Source: an uncultured bacterium
Lineage (GTDB): Bacteria; Krumholzibacteriota; Krumholzibacteriia; LZORAL124-64-63
Reading direction: 5' to 3'
Assembly (NCBI GenBank): GCA_903859215.1
Contig: CAIOLW010000161.1
Coordinates: forward strand, 23,131-87,130
DNA length: 64,000 bases
Below the pieces are notes generated by a model. The model saw nothing but the letters and a program-made list of their open reading frames with translations, ran no database searches and had not been told where the DNA came from. The position numbers and the translations under genes were made by a program. This document shows, piece by piece, positions 21,357 to 31,140 of this stretch (its first letter is position 1; the number at the start of each line of letters is the position of its first letter).

Positions 21357-22816
21357 TGCGCCGTGTCTGGTGTGCAACCCTCGGTTGCGACAAGAACCTC
21401 GTCGATTCCGAAGCGCTGCTCGGCCACTTCGCCCGGCGCGGCGCGCTCATCGTGCGCGAGCCGGACGACGCGGACATCTGGGTGCTGAACACGTGCGGCT
21501 TCATCGACGCCGCGCGCGAGGACAGCGAGCGGACCCTGCGCGAGATGTGCGAGGCGAAGGACCAGCGGCTGCTGGTCGTGTGCGGCTGCTGGTCGCAGGA
21601 GCACGGCGAGGCGATCCGCGAGCGCTTCCCCGACGTCGACGTCGTGGCCGGTGTGGGGCAGTTCGCGAACGTCGTGGCCGCGTGCCTGGGCCAGGAGACG
21701 CCGTCGGCCGTGCTGGCGCCGGACTTCCCGCTGGCCGGGCCCGGCGTGACGCCGGTGATGGTCGGCGCCCCCGCGGCCGCGCCCTACGGCGGCCTGGTCG
21801 ATCGCCCCCTGCTCACGCCGGCGCACGTCGCCTTCGTGAAGATCGGGGAGGGCTGCAACTGCCACTGCACGTTCTGCCGCATCCCGCTCATCCGCGGGCC
21901 GCAGCGCAGCCGACCGGTCGCCGAGATCGTGGCCGAGGTATCCGGGCTGGCGGCCCGGGGCGTGCGCGAGGTGCAGATCGTCTCGCAGAACACGACCGAT
22001 TTCGGGCGCGAGACGGGGGAAACGCTGCTGCAGCTGGTGACCGCCCTGTCGCGCATCGAGGACCTGCGCTGGATCCGCCTGCTCTACCTGTACTCGGGTC
22101 TCGTGTCCGTCGACGACCTGAAGCGCCTGCTCGACCTGCCGCGGGTAGCGCCGTACCTGGACCTGCCCATCCAGCACGCCTCCGCGCGCCTGCTGAAGGC
22201 CATGAAGCGGCCGGGGGGCGAAAAGTCGTCGCCGCGCTTCTTCCAGCAGTTGCGCGATGGCCGCGAGGACCTGGTCCTGCGCACGACGGTCCTGCTCGGG
22301 TTCCCGGGCGAGGAGGATGAGGACGTCGAGGAACTGGCCGACTTCCTCGCGGAGGTCCGGTTCGACCATGTGGGCACGCACCACTTCTCGCCGGAGGCCG
22401 GGACCCCGGCCGCGCGCATGGACGAGCAGGTGCCGGGCGAGGTCGTGCTCGACCGCGAGGCGCTGATCACGGACCTGCAGTCGGAGATCTCCTTGTCGCG
22501 GCAACAGGAGCGGCTGGGAACGGTGCACGAAATCGTCATCGACGAGGTCGTGGCCGGCGGGGAGATGGACGAGTCGGGCGTCGACGAGATCGTCGAGTCC
22601 CTGCGCGAGGGCACCTGGCACGGAAAGCGGGAACGCGCGGCCTTCGACGGGGTTGTCGAGGCTCCGGTTTCCCTTGCGCTGGGCCGAAGCTATCATTTCG
22701 GTTACGATCTGGACGGTGCGGTGCTGCTGCCTTTGCCGGGCGCGGCGCCGGGTGACGTGGTCAAGGCACGCTTCGTGGCCGTGACGCCCTACGACGTGTG
22801 GGGCGAGCCGGCCTGA
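21356..22816 (+). CDS. rimO: Ribosomal protein S12 methylthiotransferase
   Basis: The ATG shares one nt with the ftsK TGA. N-terminal TLGCDKNLVDSE, radical-SAM CNCHCTFC, C-terminal TRAM-like region. Confidence 0.9.
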   Translation: MRRVWCATLGCDKNLVDSEALLGHFARRGALIVREPDDADIWVLNTCGFIDAAREDSERTLREMCEAKDQRLLVVCGCWSQEHGEAIRERFPDVDVVAGVGQFANVVAACLGQETPSAVLAPDFPLAGPGVTPVMVGAPAAAPYGGLVDRPLLTPAHVAFVKIGEGCNCHCTFCRIPLIRGPQRSRPVAEIVAEVSGLAARGVREVQIVSQNTTDFGRETGETLLQLVTALSRIEDLRWIRLLYLYSGLVSVDDLKRLLDLPRVAPYLDLPIQHASARLLKAMKRPGGEKSSPRFFQQLRDGREDLVLRTTVLLGFPGEEDEDVEELADFLAEVRFDHVGTHHFSPEAGTPAARMDEQVPGEVVLDREALITDLQSEISLSRQQERLGTVHEIVIDEVVAGGEMDESGVDEIVESLREGTWHGKRERAAFDGVVEAPVSLALGRSYHFGYDLDGAVLLPLPGAAPGDVVKARFVAVTPYDVWGEPA

Positions 22817-22861
22817 AGACGACTGGTGGTCCCGCTGCGGGACCGCGCGAAAAGGGGAACC

Positions 22862-23581
22862 GTGGACAAGCGCATCCTCGTGGTTCTGGGCCTGGTGCTG
22901 GCGGCGACCTGCGCGCGGGCCGAGACGAAGCAAGAGACGAAACAAGAGACGAAACAAGAGACGAAGGCAGACACGGGCCCGGTCACTCTGGGCGGGGCCG
23001 CGGCGGCCGACTCGCTGCGGACGAACCTCTGGCTCGTCGAGGCGATGATGGGCGAGATCGTCAGCCAGGCAGCCGATGCCCTGCCGGCGGCGCCGGCGCG
23101 CGTGCTGCTGACGGGCAAGGTCACCGACGGCGATCGCGCCGGGAAGCTGTTGCGCGTCGTCGCATCGCGGGTCCTGCGGGAGCGCGGCTACGAGGTGCTG
23201 GTCAGCCATCCCGACAGCGTGGAGGGACACCGGCCCGATTGCGAAGCCGACTTCGCCATCGACGAGGTCGCCCTGAAATACCCGGACGTGGGCCGGACGC
23301 TGGGGTTGTGGCGGCGCTGGGTGGACCGCGATGTGAGCGTCGTGGTCACGGCAGAGGTCTCGGAGCGGGCCTCGGGGCGCCTGCTCTTCAGCGACCGCAT
23401 TGCGCGCCGCTTCAACGACCGGGTGTCCAACGACGAACTCCTGCGTGTGGATTCGTCGCTCTACCCGTTCACGACCGCCTCGGTGCGGGAGACCGGGTGG
23501 CAGCGCCGCCTGGAGGAATTCGCCGTGCTGGGTACGCTGGCCGGCCTGATCGCCGTTTACTTCGCGAACACGGGGAGCTGA
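22862..23581 (+). CDS. Uncharacterised secreted/membrane-anchored protein with (ETKQ)3 repeat
   Basis: GTG 22862 preceded by AAAAGGGGAA. Signal peptide ILVVLGLVLAATCARA, ETKQETKQETKQETK repeat, C-terminal hydrophobic helix FAVLGTLAGLIAVYF. No family recognised. Confidence 0.6.
   Translation: MDKRILVVLGLVLAATCARAETKQETKQETKQETKADTGPVTLGGAAAADSLRTNLWLVEAMMGEIVSQAADALPAAPARVLLTGKVTDGDRAGKLLRVVASRVLRERGYEVLVSHPDSVEGHRPDCEADFAIDEVALKYPDVGRTLGLWRRWVDRDVSVVVTAEVSERASGRLLFSDRIARRFNDRVSNDELLRVDSSLYPFTTASVRETGWQRRLEEFAVLGTLAGLIAVYFANTGS
22922..22969 (+). repeat. 12-bp in-frame tandem repeat (GAGACGAARCAA x3 plus a degenerate 4th unit)
   Basis: Read directly. Encodes the ETKQ repeats just after the signal peptide. 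Confidence 0.9.
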
Positions 23582-23584
23582 TCG

Positions 23585-24352
23585 ATGCGTAACCTGCAGC
23601 GGGTGCACCTGGCCGCCTGCCTGACCCTCGCCGCCCTGGTCGGGGCCATGACGGCCGGCTGCGGCGGCAGCAACCCGAACCCGCCCGGCACGCTGGGCCG
23701 CGCCGACTACTTCGCGAGCCGGGGCAAGCGGCTCGAGGCCGTGGCCGCGTACGAGGCTTTCGTGCGCCACAACCCCACCGATTCCCTGGCGGCCGAGGCG
23801 CAGTTCCGCAAGGCCATGATCTACATGGAGCTGAAGGAGTATCCGCTGGCCGCGGTCGAATTCCAGATCCTGGCCAAGGATTTCCCGACGAGCGACCGCG
23901 TGGAGGAGGCCTCCTTCCAGGAGGGGCTGTCGTATGCCCGCGAGGTCGGCAACGTCGAGCGCGACGCGAGCGGGGCGCTGCAGGCACGCGAGCACTTCCT
24001 GAAGTTCAAGGAGACCTACCCGCAGTCGACGCGACTGGCGGCGGTCGACGCCGAACTGACGGCGATCAGCGACCTGATGGTGCGCAAGCGGCTGGCGCAG
24101 GTAGAGGTCTTCCGGCAGTTGAAGCGCTGGAGGGCTGTCGCCACGGTGCTCGACGGCGTGATCGCGGACGAAGGCGGGTCTTCGCTGCTGCCGCAGGCGC
24201 TCTGGGAACGCGCCGAGGCGGCGGAGCGCCTGGCCGAGCCGGCCGTCGCGGCCACGTACTACCAGCGGCTTGCCGAAAGCTTCCCGACAGATCGCCGCGC
24301 CGCGGCCGCTGCGGATGCCGCCACGCGCCTGCGCGCTGCGGCGGGTTCGTGA
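23585..24352 (+). CDS. bamD: Outer membrane protein assembly factor BamD-like TPR lipoprotein
   Basis: Lipobox MTAGC. TPR-like helices (YEAFVRHNPTDSLAAEAQFRKAMIYMELKEYPLAAVEF, FLKFKETYPQS), with length and pattern as in BamD/YfiO. Confidence 0.7.
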   Translation: MRNLQRVHLAACLTLAALVGAMTAGCGGSNPNPPGTLGRADYFASRGKRLEAVAAYEAFVRHNPTDSLAAEAQFRKAMIYMELKEYPLAAVEFQILAKDFPTSDRVEEASFQEGLSYAREVGNVERDASGALQAREHFLKFKETYPQSTRLAAVDAELTAISDLMVRKRLAQVEVFRQLKRWRAVATVLDGVIADEGGSSLLPQALWERAEAAERLAEPAVAATYYQRLAESFPTDRRAAAAADAATRLRAAAGS

Positions 24353-24930
24353 TCCGCGCCGTCCTCGGCGGCACGTTCGATCCCGTGCACGCGGGCCATG
24401 TCGCCATGGCCCGCCACCTTTTGGCGCACGGCCTGGCCGACCAGGTCGTGGTCGTCCCGAACTGGCGCTCGCCGTGGCGCGAGGAACCGGTCGTCGCCCC
24501 GTCCGAGCGGCTGGCGATGTGCCGGTTGGCGTTCGCCGATGTCGCGGGCGTGGTGGTCGACGAGCGCGAGATCGCCGGCGGGCGGCCGGCCTGGACCGTC
24601 GACACCCTCGCGGCGCTGGCTGCTGAGCACCCCGGCGACAGGTTGCGCCTCGTGGTGGGCGCGGACCACCTGGCGACCTTCGACCGTTGGCGGGACGCCG
24701 GGCGGATACTCGAACTCGCCGAGCTCGTCGTGCTGGCGCGAACGGGCGCCACGGCCGGTGCGCCCCCGGCCTGGCTGGACGGCCGCCTGGTCCCCGCGCC
24801 GGCGTTCGACCATCCGGTGTCCGCGAGCGCTGTTCGTGCTATGTTGGCGAGCGGGTTCGCGGCGGCGGAAGCCTTGCCGGCGGACGTCGCTGCCTACATC
24901 GCCGCCCGCGGGCTCTACCGCGCGGGCTGA
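24349..24930 (+). CDS. nadD: Nicotinate-nucleotide adenylyltransferase
   Basis: GTG overlaps the bamD stop (GTGA). GGTFDPVHAGH motif. Confidence 0.9.
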   Translation: MIRAVLGGTFDPVHAGHVAMARHLLAHGLADQVVVVPNWRSPWREEPVVAPSERLAMCRLAFADVAGVVVDEREIAGGRPAWTVDTLAALAAEHPGDRLRLVVGADHLATFDRWRDAGRILELAELVVLARTGATAGAPPAWLDGRLVPAPAFDHPVSASAVRAMLASGFAAAEALPADVAAYIAARGLYRAG

Positions 24931-24965
24931 ACGACCCGGCGCCCCTTCCTGGAAAGGTCCCTTCC

Positions 24966-27824
24966 TTGTCGATCATCCTCGTCGACGGCTCCGCGCTCGT
25001 GTACCGGTCGCACTACGCCTTCGCCGGGCGGCCGCTCACGTCGCCCTCGGGCGAGGTGACCTCCGTCGCCTTCGGTTTCTGCAACTCGGTGCTCGGGCTG
25101 GTCGAGACGCGTCGCCCGGAACGGCTGGCGGTCGTCTTCGACCGGAAGGCGCCGACGTTCCGGCACGCGATGTATCCGCTGTACAAGGCGCACCGCAAGC
25201 CGATGCCCGACGAACTGGCGGCCCAATTGCCGCGCCTGCACGAACTGCTCGCGGCGTGGGGCGTTCCCGTGTTCGGCGAGGAAGGCGTCGAGGCCGACGA
25301 CGTGCTGGCCACGATCGCGGCCAGGGCGGCGGCGCGCGGCGAGCGCGCCTGGCTGTACAGCGGCGACAAGGACTTCCTGCAGTTGCTGGACGAGCATGTC
25401 GGCATCCTCAAGCCCGGCAAGCGGGGCGACGAGGTCACCGAAGTGACGGCCGACACGGTCCGCCGCGAGTACGCGCTCGAGCCGCCAGCGCTCGTCGACG
25501 TGTTTGCCCTGTCCGGCGACAAGGCCGACAACATCCCGGGCGCGCCCGGGGTCGGCGACAAGACCGCACTGAAGCTGATCCAGGAATTCGGGACGCTCGA
25601 GGAACTGTTCGCGGGCCTCGACGCCAGCACTCTGACGCCGCGCCTCAAGCGCGTGATCGCCGAGAACCGCGAACAAGTAATGCTGTCGCGCGACCTGTTC
25701 CGCATCCGCCGCGACGTCCCGCTTGACCTTGATTGGGACGCGCTGGCGACCGTGCTGCCCGTCGGCGAAACGGTGACGGCGCTGCTGGGCAGTCTCGGCC
25801 TGCGACGTGTCCAGTCGCTGGCGGCGAAGCTGGCGACACGCGACGTCGCCGGGACGAAGGTGGCGCCGCCTGCGGCGAAGACGGCGGCAAACCCTGCGCC
25901 GGCTCCCGAAGCGGGTGCGGGCCCTGCTCCCGAACGCGCGGCCGACGGTTGGGCCGAGCGTTGCCGCGCGCGCGGTTATGCCCGGCTGGACGACGACCGG
26001 GCGCTCGCCGACTGGCTGGCGCGGCTGGATCCGCGGGCGGCGCTGGCGGTCGACACCGAGACCGACAGCCTGCGCGCCGAGAGCTGCCGCCTGGTCGGCA
26101 TCAGCCTGGCCGGCGCGGCGCGCGACGGCGGTGCCCTGCCGCCGGCCTACATCCCGGTGCGCTGGCGCGAGAGCGAGGCGGGCCCCCCGGCCGGCGGCCT
26201 GTTGTTCCCCGTCGGTCGTGAGCACGATCGGCTTGCAGGCATCGCGCCGCTGCTGGGACCGGTCCTGCTCGGGCCGGCCCTGAAGGTCGGCCAGAACCTG
26301 AAGTACGACGAGTGGGTGCTCGGCCGGCACGGCCTGCCGCTGGGTGGGCCGCGCTTCGACACCATGCTTGCGTCATACGTGCTGGACCCGGGCCGTCGTT
26401 CGCACGGTCTTGACGACCTGGTCGACGACTTCCTCGGCCATCGCATGATGCCGTACGACGAGTTGTTCGAGCGCGGCGACAAGCGCAAGGACATTCTCGA
26501 GGTGGATCCCTGGCGCCTGGCGCTCTATGCGGCGGAGGACGCCGACTACACCCTGCGCCTGCATGCTTGCCTGGCGCCGCAGCTCGACGAGACCGGCCTG
26601 CGGGGCTTGTTCGCCGACCTCGAGATGCCGGTTTCCGCGGTGCTGCTGCGGATGGAGCGCAACGGCATCCGGCTCGATCGCGCGTTCCTCGGCACGCTGC
26701 GGCAGCGCTTCGACGAGGAACTGACTGCGCTGCGGGTGCGCATCGTCGAACTGGCCGGCGAGGACTTCAACCTGAACAGTTCCCAGCAGCTGGCGGTCAT
26801 CCTCTTCGAGAAGCTGGGGCTCAAGCCGATCAAGAAGACGGGGACCGGCTGGAGCACCGACGTTTCGGTGCTGTCGGTGCTGGCCGAGGATCATCCGCTG
26901 CCGGCAGCCATCCTCGAGTACCGGCAGGTCGCGAAGCTGCAGAGCACGTACGTCGAGACGCTGCCGCTCCTGGCCGACGCGGGCACGAACCTGATCCACA
27001 CTTCCTACAATCAGGCCGTCGCTGCGACGGGGCGCCTGTCCAGCTCGGATCCCAACCTGCAGAACATCCCGGTGCGCACGGAACTGGGTCGCCAGATCCG
27101 CCGGGCGTTCGTGCCGCGGGATGCGGACAGCGTGTTCCTGTCGGCCGACTACTCGCAGGTCGAGTTGCGCCTGCTGGCGCACCTGGCGGACGACCCGGGC
27201 CTGCAGGCCGCCTTCCGCGACGGCGCCGACGTGCACCGCCGGACGGCGGCGCTGATCAACGGCATCGCCGAGGACGCCGTCACGCCCGAGATGCGCAGCC
27301 GGGCCAAGGCAATCAATTTCGGCGTCATCTACGGCATGGGCGCGCGCGCCCTGGCCAAGCAGATCGACGTCACGGTGCGCGAGGCCACGGCCTTCATCGA
27401 CCGCTATTTCGAGACGTACCCGGGCGTGCGGCTGTACATCGAGGCCACGCGTGAATCGGCGCGTCGCCACGGCTGGGTGCAGACGATGCTCGGCAGGCGG
27501 CGCCTGCTGCCGGACATCGCCTCGCCGGACGCGCGCCAGCGCTCGTTCCAGGAGCGGGTGGCGGTCAACACGCCCATCCAGGGCACCGCCGCAGACCTGA
27601 TCAAGCTGGCGATGCTGCGCATCCAGTCGGCGCTCGACGCGGGAGACACGGGGGCGCTGCTGCTGCTGCAGGTGCACGACGAGCTGGTCCTCGAGGTCCC
27701 GCGCCCGCGGCTGGACGAGGTCGCCGCGCTGGTGCGCGACGGCATGGAGCACGCGCTGACGCTGAAGGTGCCGCTGATCGTCGACATCCACACCGGCGCC
27801 GACTGGGCCGAGGCCCACGGATGA
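24966..27824 (+). CDS. polA: DNA polymerase I
   Basis: TTG 24966 in frame of ORF 24687..27824. 5'-nuclease (ILVDGSALVYRSHYA), 3'-5' exonuclease (AVDTETDSL), pol motifs (DYSQVELRLLAH, QVHDELV). Confidence 0.93.
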   Translation: MSIILVDGSALVYRSHYAFAGRPLTSPSGEVTSVAFGFCNSVLGLVETRRPERLAVVFDRKAPTFRHAMYPLYKAHRKPMPDELAAQLPRLHELLAAWGVPVFGEEGVEADDVLATIAARAAARGERAWLYSGDKDFLQLLDEHVGILKPGKRGDEVTEVTADTVRREYALEPPALVDVFALSGDKADNIPGAPGVGDKTALKLIQEFGTLEELFAGLDASTLTPRLKRVIAENREQVMLSRDLFRIRRDVPLDLDWDALATVLPVGETVTALLGSLGLRRVQSLAAKLATRDVAGTKVAPPAAKTAANPAPAPEAGAGPAPERAADGWAERCRARGYARLDDDRALADWLARLDPRAALAVDTETDSLRAESCRLVGISLAGAARDGGALPPAYIPVRWRESEAGPPAGGLLFPVGREHDRLAGIAPLLGPVLLGPALKVGQNLKYDEWVLGRHGLPLGGPRFDTMLASYVLDPGRRSHGLDDLVDDFLGHRMMPYDELFERGDKRKDILEVDPWRLALYAAEDADYTLRLHACLAPQLDETGLRGLFADLEMPVSAVLLRMERNGIRLDRAFLGTLRQRFDEELTALRVRIVELAGEDFNLNSSQQLAVILFEKLGLKPIKKTGTGWSTDVSVLSVLAEDHPLPAAILEYRQVAKLQSTYVETLPLLADAGTNLIHTSYNQAVAATGRLSSSDPNLQNIPVRTELGRQIRRAFVPRDADSVFLSADYSQVELRLLAHLADDPGLQAAFRDGADVHRRTAALINGIAEDAVTPEMRSRAKAINFGVIYGMGARALAKQIDVTVREATAFIDRYFETYPGVRLYIEATRESARRHGWVQTMLGRRRLLPDIASPDARQRSFQERVAVNTPIQGTAADLIKLAMLRIQSALDAGDTGALLLLQVHDELVLEVPRPRLDEVAALVRDGMEHALTLKVPLIVDIHTGADWAEAHG

Positions 27825-28408
27825 GGCGCTGGGCGGTCACGGGCCCCACGGGCGCCGGCAAGTCGGCGGTGACGGCCCTGCTCGCCGCCCGCGGCGCGTG
27901 CGTGCTGGACGGCGACCGCCTCGGTCACGAAGTTCTGGCGCAGCCGGGGGTCGCCGCGGCTGTGGCGGAGCGTTTCGGGGCCGACTGCGCCCCCGGGGGC
28001 GCGGTGGACCGGGCGCGCCTGGGCCGGCGGGTGTTCGGCGACGACGCCGAACTCGCCGCGCTGGACGCCATCACGCACCCGCCGCTGTGCGCGCTGATGG
28101 AAAACCGCCTGCTGGAACTGGAGGCGCAGGGGCATGCTCTTGCCGTCCTCGAGGCAGCCGTGTATTTTCGGCTTCCGGCCGCACCGAGGATGGACCTGGT
28201 CGTGGCCGTCGTCGCCACTGCCGAAAACCGGACGGCCCGCCTGGCCGCGCGGACCGGGCTGGACCCGGCGGCCGCGCGGGCACGCGTGGACGCGCTGGCG
28301 CCGCTGGACCGTGACTGGTCCCGAGCCGACCTGACGATCCGCAACGACGGGGGAGAGGCCGAACTGGAGGCCGCCGTGGACGCCCTGTGGGCCGCCCACG
28401 CCCCCTGA
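27821..28408 (+). CDS. coaE: Dephospho-CoA kinase
   Basis: The ATG overlaps the polA stop. P-loop VTGPTGAGKS; 195 aa. Confidence 0.88.
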   Translation: MRRWAVTGPTGAGKSAVTALLAARGACVLDGDRLGHEVLAQPGVAAAVAERFGADCAPGGAVDRARLGRRVFGDDAELAALDAITHPPLCALMENRLLELEAQGHALAVLEAAVYFRLPAAPRMDLVVAVVATAENRTARLAARTGLDPAAARARVDALAPLDRDWSRADLTIRNDGGEAELEAAVDALWAAHAP

Positions 28409-28448
28409 AACCGCCGGCGCCGTGGCGTCGGGAAGGAGCCTGTCCGCC

Positions 28449-29553
28449 GTGAAGGAGATCGTCGACCGTCTCGAGGCCGCCGTGGCCCGCCTGGTGATCC
28501 TCAAGGAGGGGCTTTGACTTCGACCGCCTGCAGGACGAGCTGAGCGGGCTCGAGGGCAAGCAGGCAGAACCCGGTTTCTGGGGCGACCAGGAGGCGGCCG
28601 GCGTCGTGCTCGGCCGCCTGCGCATGCTCAAGCAGATGACGCAGCCGCTGGTGAACGCCTCGGCGAAGGCCGATGAACTGCAGGTGCTCGCCGAACTCGT
28701 CGCCGAGGAGGAGGACGCCGACACCGTCGCGGAACTCGGCACGGGCGTCACCGAACTCGAGAAGGCCGTCGAGAAGATCGACTTCCAGTTCCTGCTCGGC
28801 GGCGAGGCCGACAGCCACGGAGCGGTGCTGGAGATCCATCCCGGCGCGGGCGGCACCGAGAGCCAGGACTGGGCGCAGATGCTCCTGCGCATGTACACGC
28901 GCTACGTCGAGACGGCGGGCTGGAAGATGGACACCCTCGACCTGCAGGCGGGCGAGGAAGCCGGCATCAAGAGCGCAGTGCTGGAGATCGACGGCGCGTT
29001 CGCCTACGGCTACCTCAAGAGCGAGTCGGGCGTGCACCGCCTGGTCCGGATCTCGCCGTTCGACGCGCAGAAGCGCCGGCACACGTCGTTCGCCTCGGTG
29101 TTCGTGTATCCGCTCGTCGATGACGACATCTCGGTCGTCATCGACCCCAACGACCTGCGCGTGGACACGTACCGCGCGCAGGGCGCCGGCGGCCAGCACG
29201 TCAACAAGACCGACAGCGCCATCCGCATCACGCACGTCCCGACCGGCATCGTCGCCGCGTGCCAGAGCGAGCGCAGCCAGCACCGCAACCGCGACAGCGC
29301 GATGACGATGCTGAAGGCCAAGCTCTACGCGCGCCTGATGGCCGAGAAGCAACGCGCGCGCGACGCCATCGAGGCCGAGAAGATGGAGATCGCGTGGGGC
29401 AGCCAGATCCGGTCCTACGTGCTGCAGCCCTACACGAAGGTGAAGGACCACCGGACCGAACACGAGACCGGCAACTCCACCGGGGTGCTGGACGGCGACC
29501 TGGACGGGTTCATCGACGCCTACCTGCGCTGGCTGGGGCCGCGCGACCGCTGA
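28449..29553 (+). CDS. prfB: Peptide chain release factor 2, requires +1 programmed ribosomal frameshift at 28515
   Basis: Frame 0: GTG 28449 (preceded by GGAAGGAG) encodes VKEIVDRLEAAVARLVILKEGL, then TGA at 28515-28517. The +1 frame from 28516 reads DFDRLQDELSGLEGKQAEPGFWGDQ and is continuous with ORF 28606..29553. SPF and GGQHVNKTDSAIRITH motifs are present. Confidence 0.9.
28503..28518 (+). other. RF2 autoregulatory +1 frameshift site (SD-like AAGGAGGGG + CTT TGA C)
   Basis: The sequence AAGGAGGGGCTTTGAC matches the canonical CUU UGA C slippery/stop context with an upstream internal Shine-Dalgarno. Confidence 0.85.
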
Positions 29554-29607
29554 CCGGGAACCATTGACGCATGGGCGCGCGGCTTTTCGCGCGGCCGGGA
29601 GGAAGCC

Positions 29608-31140
29608 TTGACCGATCGCGAGAACACCACGCCGGCCGGCGAACCGGAGCAGCCCGCCGAGGGCACGGCCGCCTACCATCACCTGATCGAGGGGCGCATC
29701 GAGAAGATGCGCGAGCTGGGCAAGTCGGTCGACCTGTACCCGTACGGCTACGCGCGCACGCACACCAGCGAACAGGTGCGCGCGCAGGAGGAGGCGCTGA
29801 CGGCCGCCGGCGCCGTCGTGCGCGTGCCCGGACGCCTGATGACCAAGCGGGGCGCCGGCAAGACGCTGTTCGCGCCGGTCCAGGACGAGTGGGGCCGCAT
29901 CCAGGCCTACTTCAAGCTCGACATCCTGGGCGAGGAGCGCTTCCACCGGATCATGAAGCTGGTCGACATCGGCGACTGGATCGGCGTCGAGGGCACGCTG
30001 TTCCGCACGCGCACCGGCGAACTGACCATCCAGGTCTCGGACTTCACCTTCCTGGCCAAGGCCGTGCGCCCGCTGCCGGAGAAGTACCACGAGATGAACC
30101 TCGAGCTGAAGAGCCGCCGCCGGCACCTCGACCTGGTGATGAACCAGGAGAGCCGCGAGCGCTTCAAGAAGCGCAGCGCGATCATCAGCGAGGTGCGCGC
30201 TTTCTTCGCGGGCGAGGAGTTCCTCGAGGTGGAGACGCCCGTCCTGCAGCCACTGTACGGCGGCGCCACGGCGCGTCCTTTCACGACGCACCACAACGCG
30301 CTCGACACCACGCTCTACCTGCGCATCGCGGACGAACTCTACCTCAAGCGCCTGATCGTCGGCGGGCTCGAGCGCGTCTACGAGATCGCCAAGGACTTCC
30401 GCAACGAGGGCATGGACCGCACGCACAATCCCGAGTTCACGATGCTCGAGTGCTACGCGGCGTGGTGGGACTACCACCAGATGATGGACCTGACCGAGCG
30501 CCTGCTGCGCCGACTGGGGCAGCGTTTCGGCAACGACGGCGTGCTGACCTACGGCGGCGTGGAACTGGACTTCAACAAGCCGTTCGCGCGCCTGCGCTTC
30601 ATGGACGCCCTGGCCGAGCGCACGGGCACCGACCTGATGCAGCTGGACGATGCCCAGGTCGCGGCGCTGGCGCGCAAGCACGGCATCGAGCCGCGCAAGG
30701 GCATGGGCCGCGACAAGATCCTCGACGCCCTGTTCGCCGAGCTCGTGGAGCCCGGCCTGACCCAGCCCACGTTCGTCATGGACCACCCGAAAGAACTCTC
30801 GCCGCTGGCCAAGGCGCACCGCGAAGTGCCCGGCCTGGTGGAAAGGTTCGAACTGTTCTGCGCCGGTTTCGAGGTAGCGAACAGCTTCTCGGAGCTGAAC
30901 GACCCGTTCGAGCAGCGCCGCCGCTTCGAGGCGCAGCGCAGCCTGGCCGAGGCCGGCGACGACGAGGCGCAGCCGCTGGACGAGGAGTTCCTGCAGGCCA
31001 TGGAGCAGGGCATGCCGCCCACCGGGGGCATGGGCATGGGCATCGACCGCCTGGTGATGCTCCTGGTCGACACGAACAACATCCGCGACGTCCTGCTCTT
31101 CCCCGCCATGCGCCCCGAGCGGATGGGCGGCGAAGGCTAG
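29608..31140 (+). CDS. lysS: Lysine--tRNA ligase (class II)
   Basis: TTG start preceded by GGGAGGAAG. OB-fold N-domain, FRNEGMDRTHNPEFTMLE, GMGMGIDRLVMLL. Confidence 0.95.
   Translation: MTDRENTTPAGEPEQPAEGTAAYHHLIEGRIEKMRELGKSVDLYPYGYARTHTSEQVRAQEEALTAAGAVVRVPGRLMTKRGAGKTLFAPVQDEWGRIQAYFKLDILGEERFHRIMKLVDIGDWIGVEGTLFRTRTGELTIQVSDFTFLAKAVRPLPEKYHEMNLELKSRRRHLDLVMNQESRERFKKRSAIISEVRAFFAGEEFLEVETPVLQPLYGGATARPFTTHHNALDTTLYLRIADELYLKRLIVGGLERVYEIAKDFRNEGMDRTHNPEFTMLECYAAWWDYHQMMDLTERLLRRLGQRFGNDGVLTYGGVELDFNKPFARLRFMDALAERTGTDLMQLDDAQVAALARKHGIEPRKGMGRDKILDALFAELVEPGLTQPTFVMDHPKELSPLAKAHREVPGLVERFELFCAGFEVANSFSELNDPFEQRRRFEAQRSLAEAGDDEAQPLDEEFLQAMEQGMPPTGGMGMGIDRLVMLLVDTNNIRDVLLFPAMRPERMGGEG

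Noticed and set aside
22922-22969. Short direct repeats (here and at 3301-3345), considered as a possible mini CRISPR array.
   Set aside because: The units are contiguous with no spacers, only 12-15 bp long, and one set is in-frame coding sequence. No cas genes are in the window.
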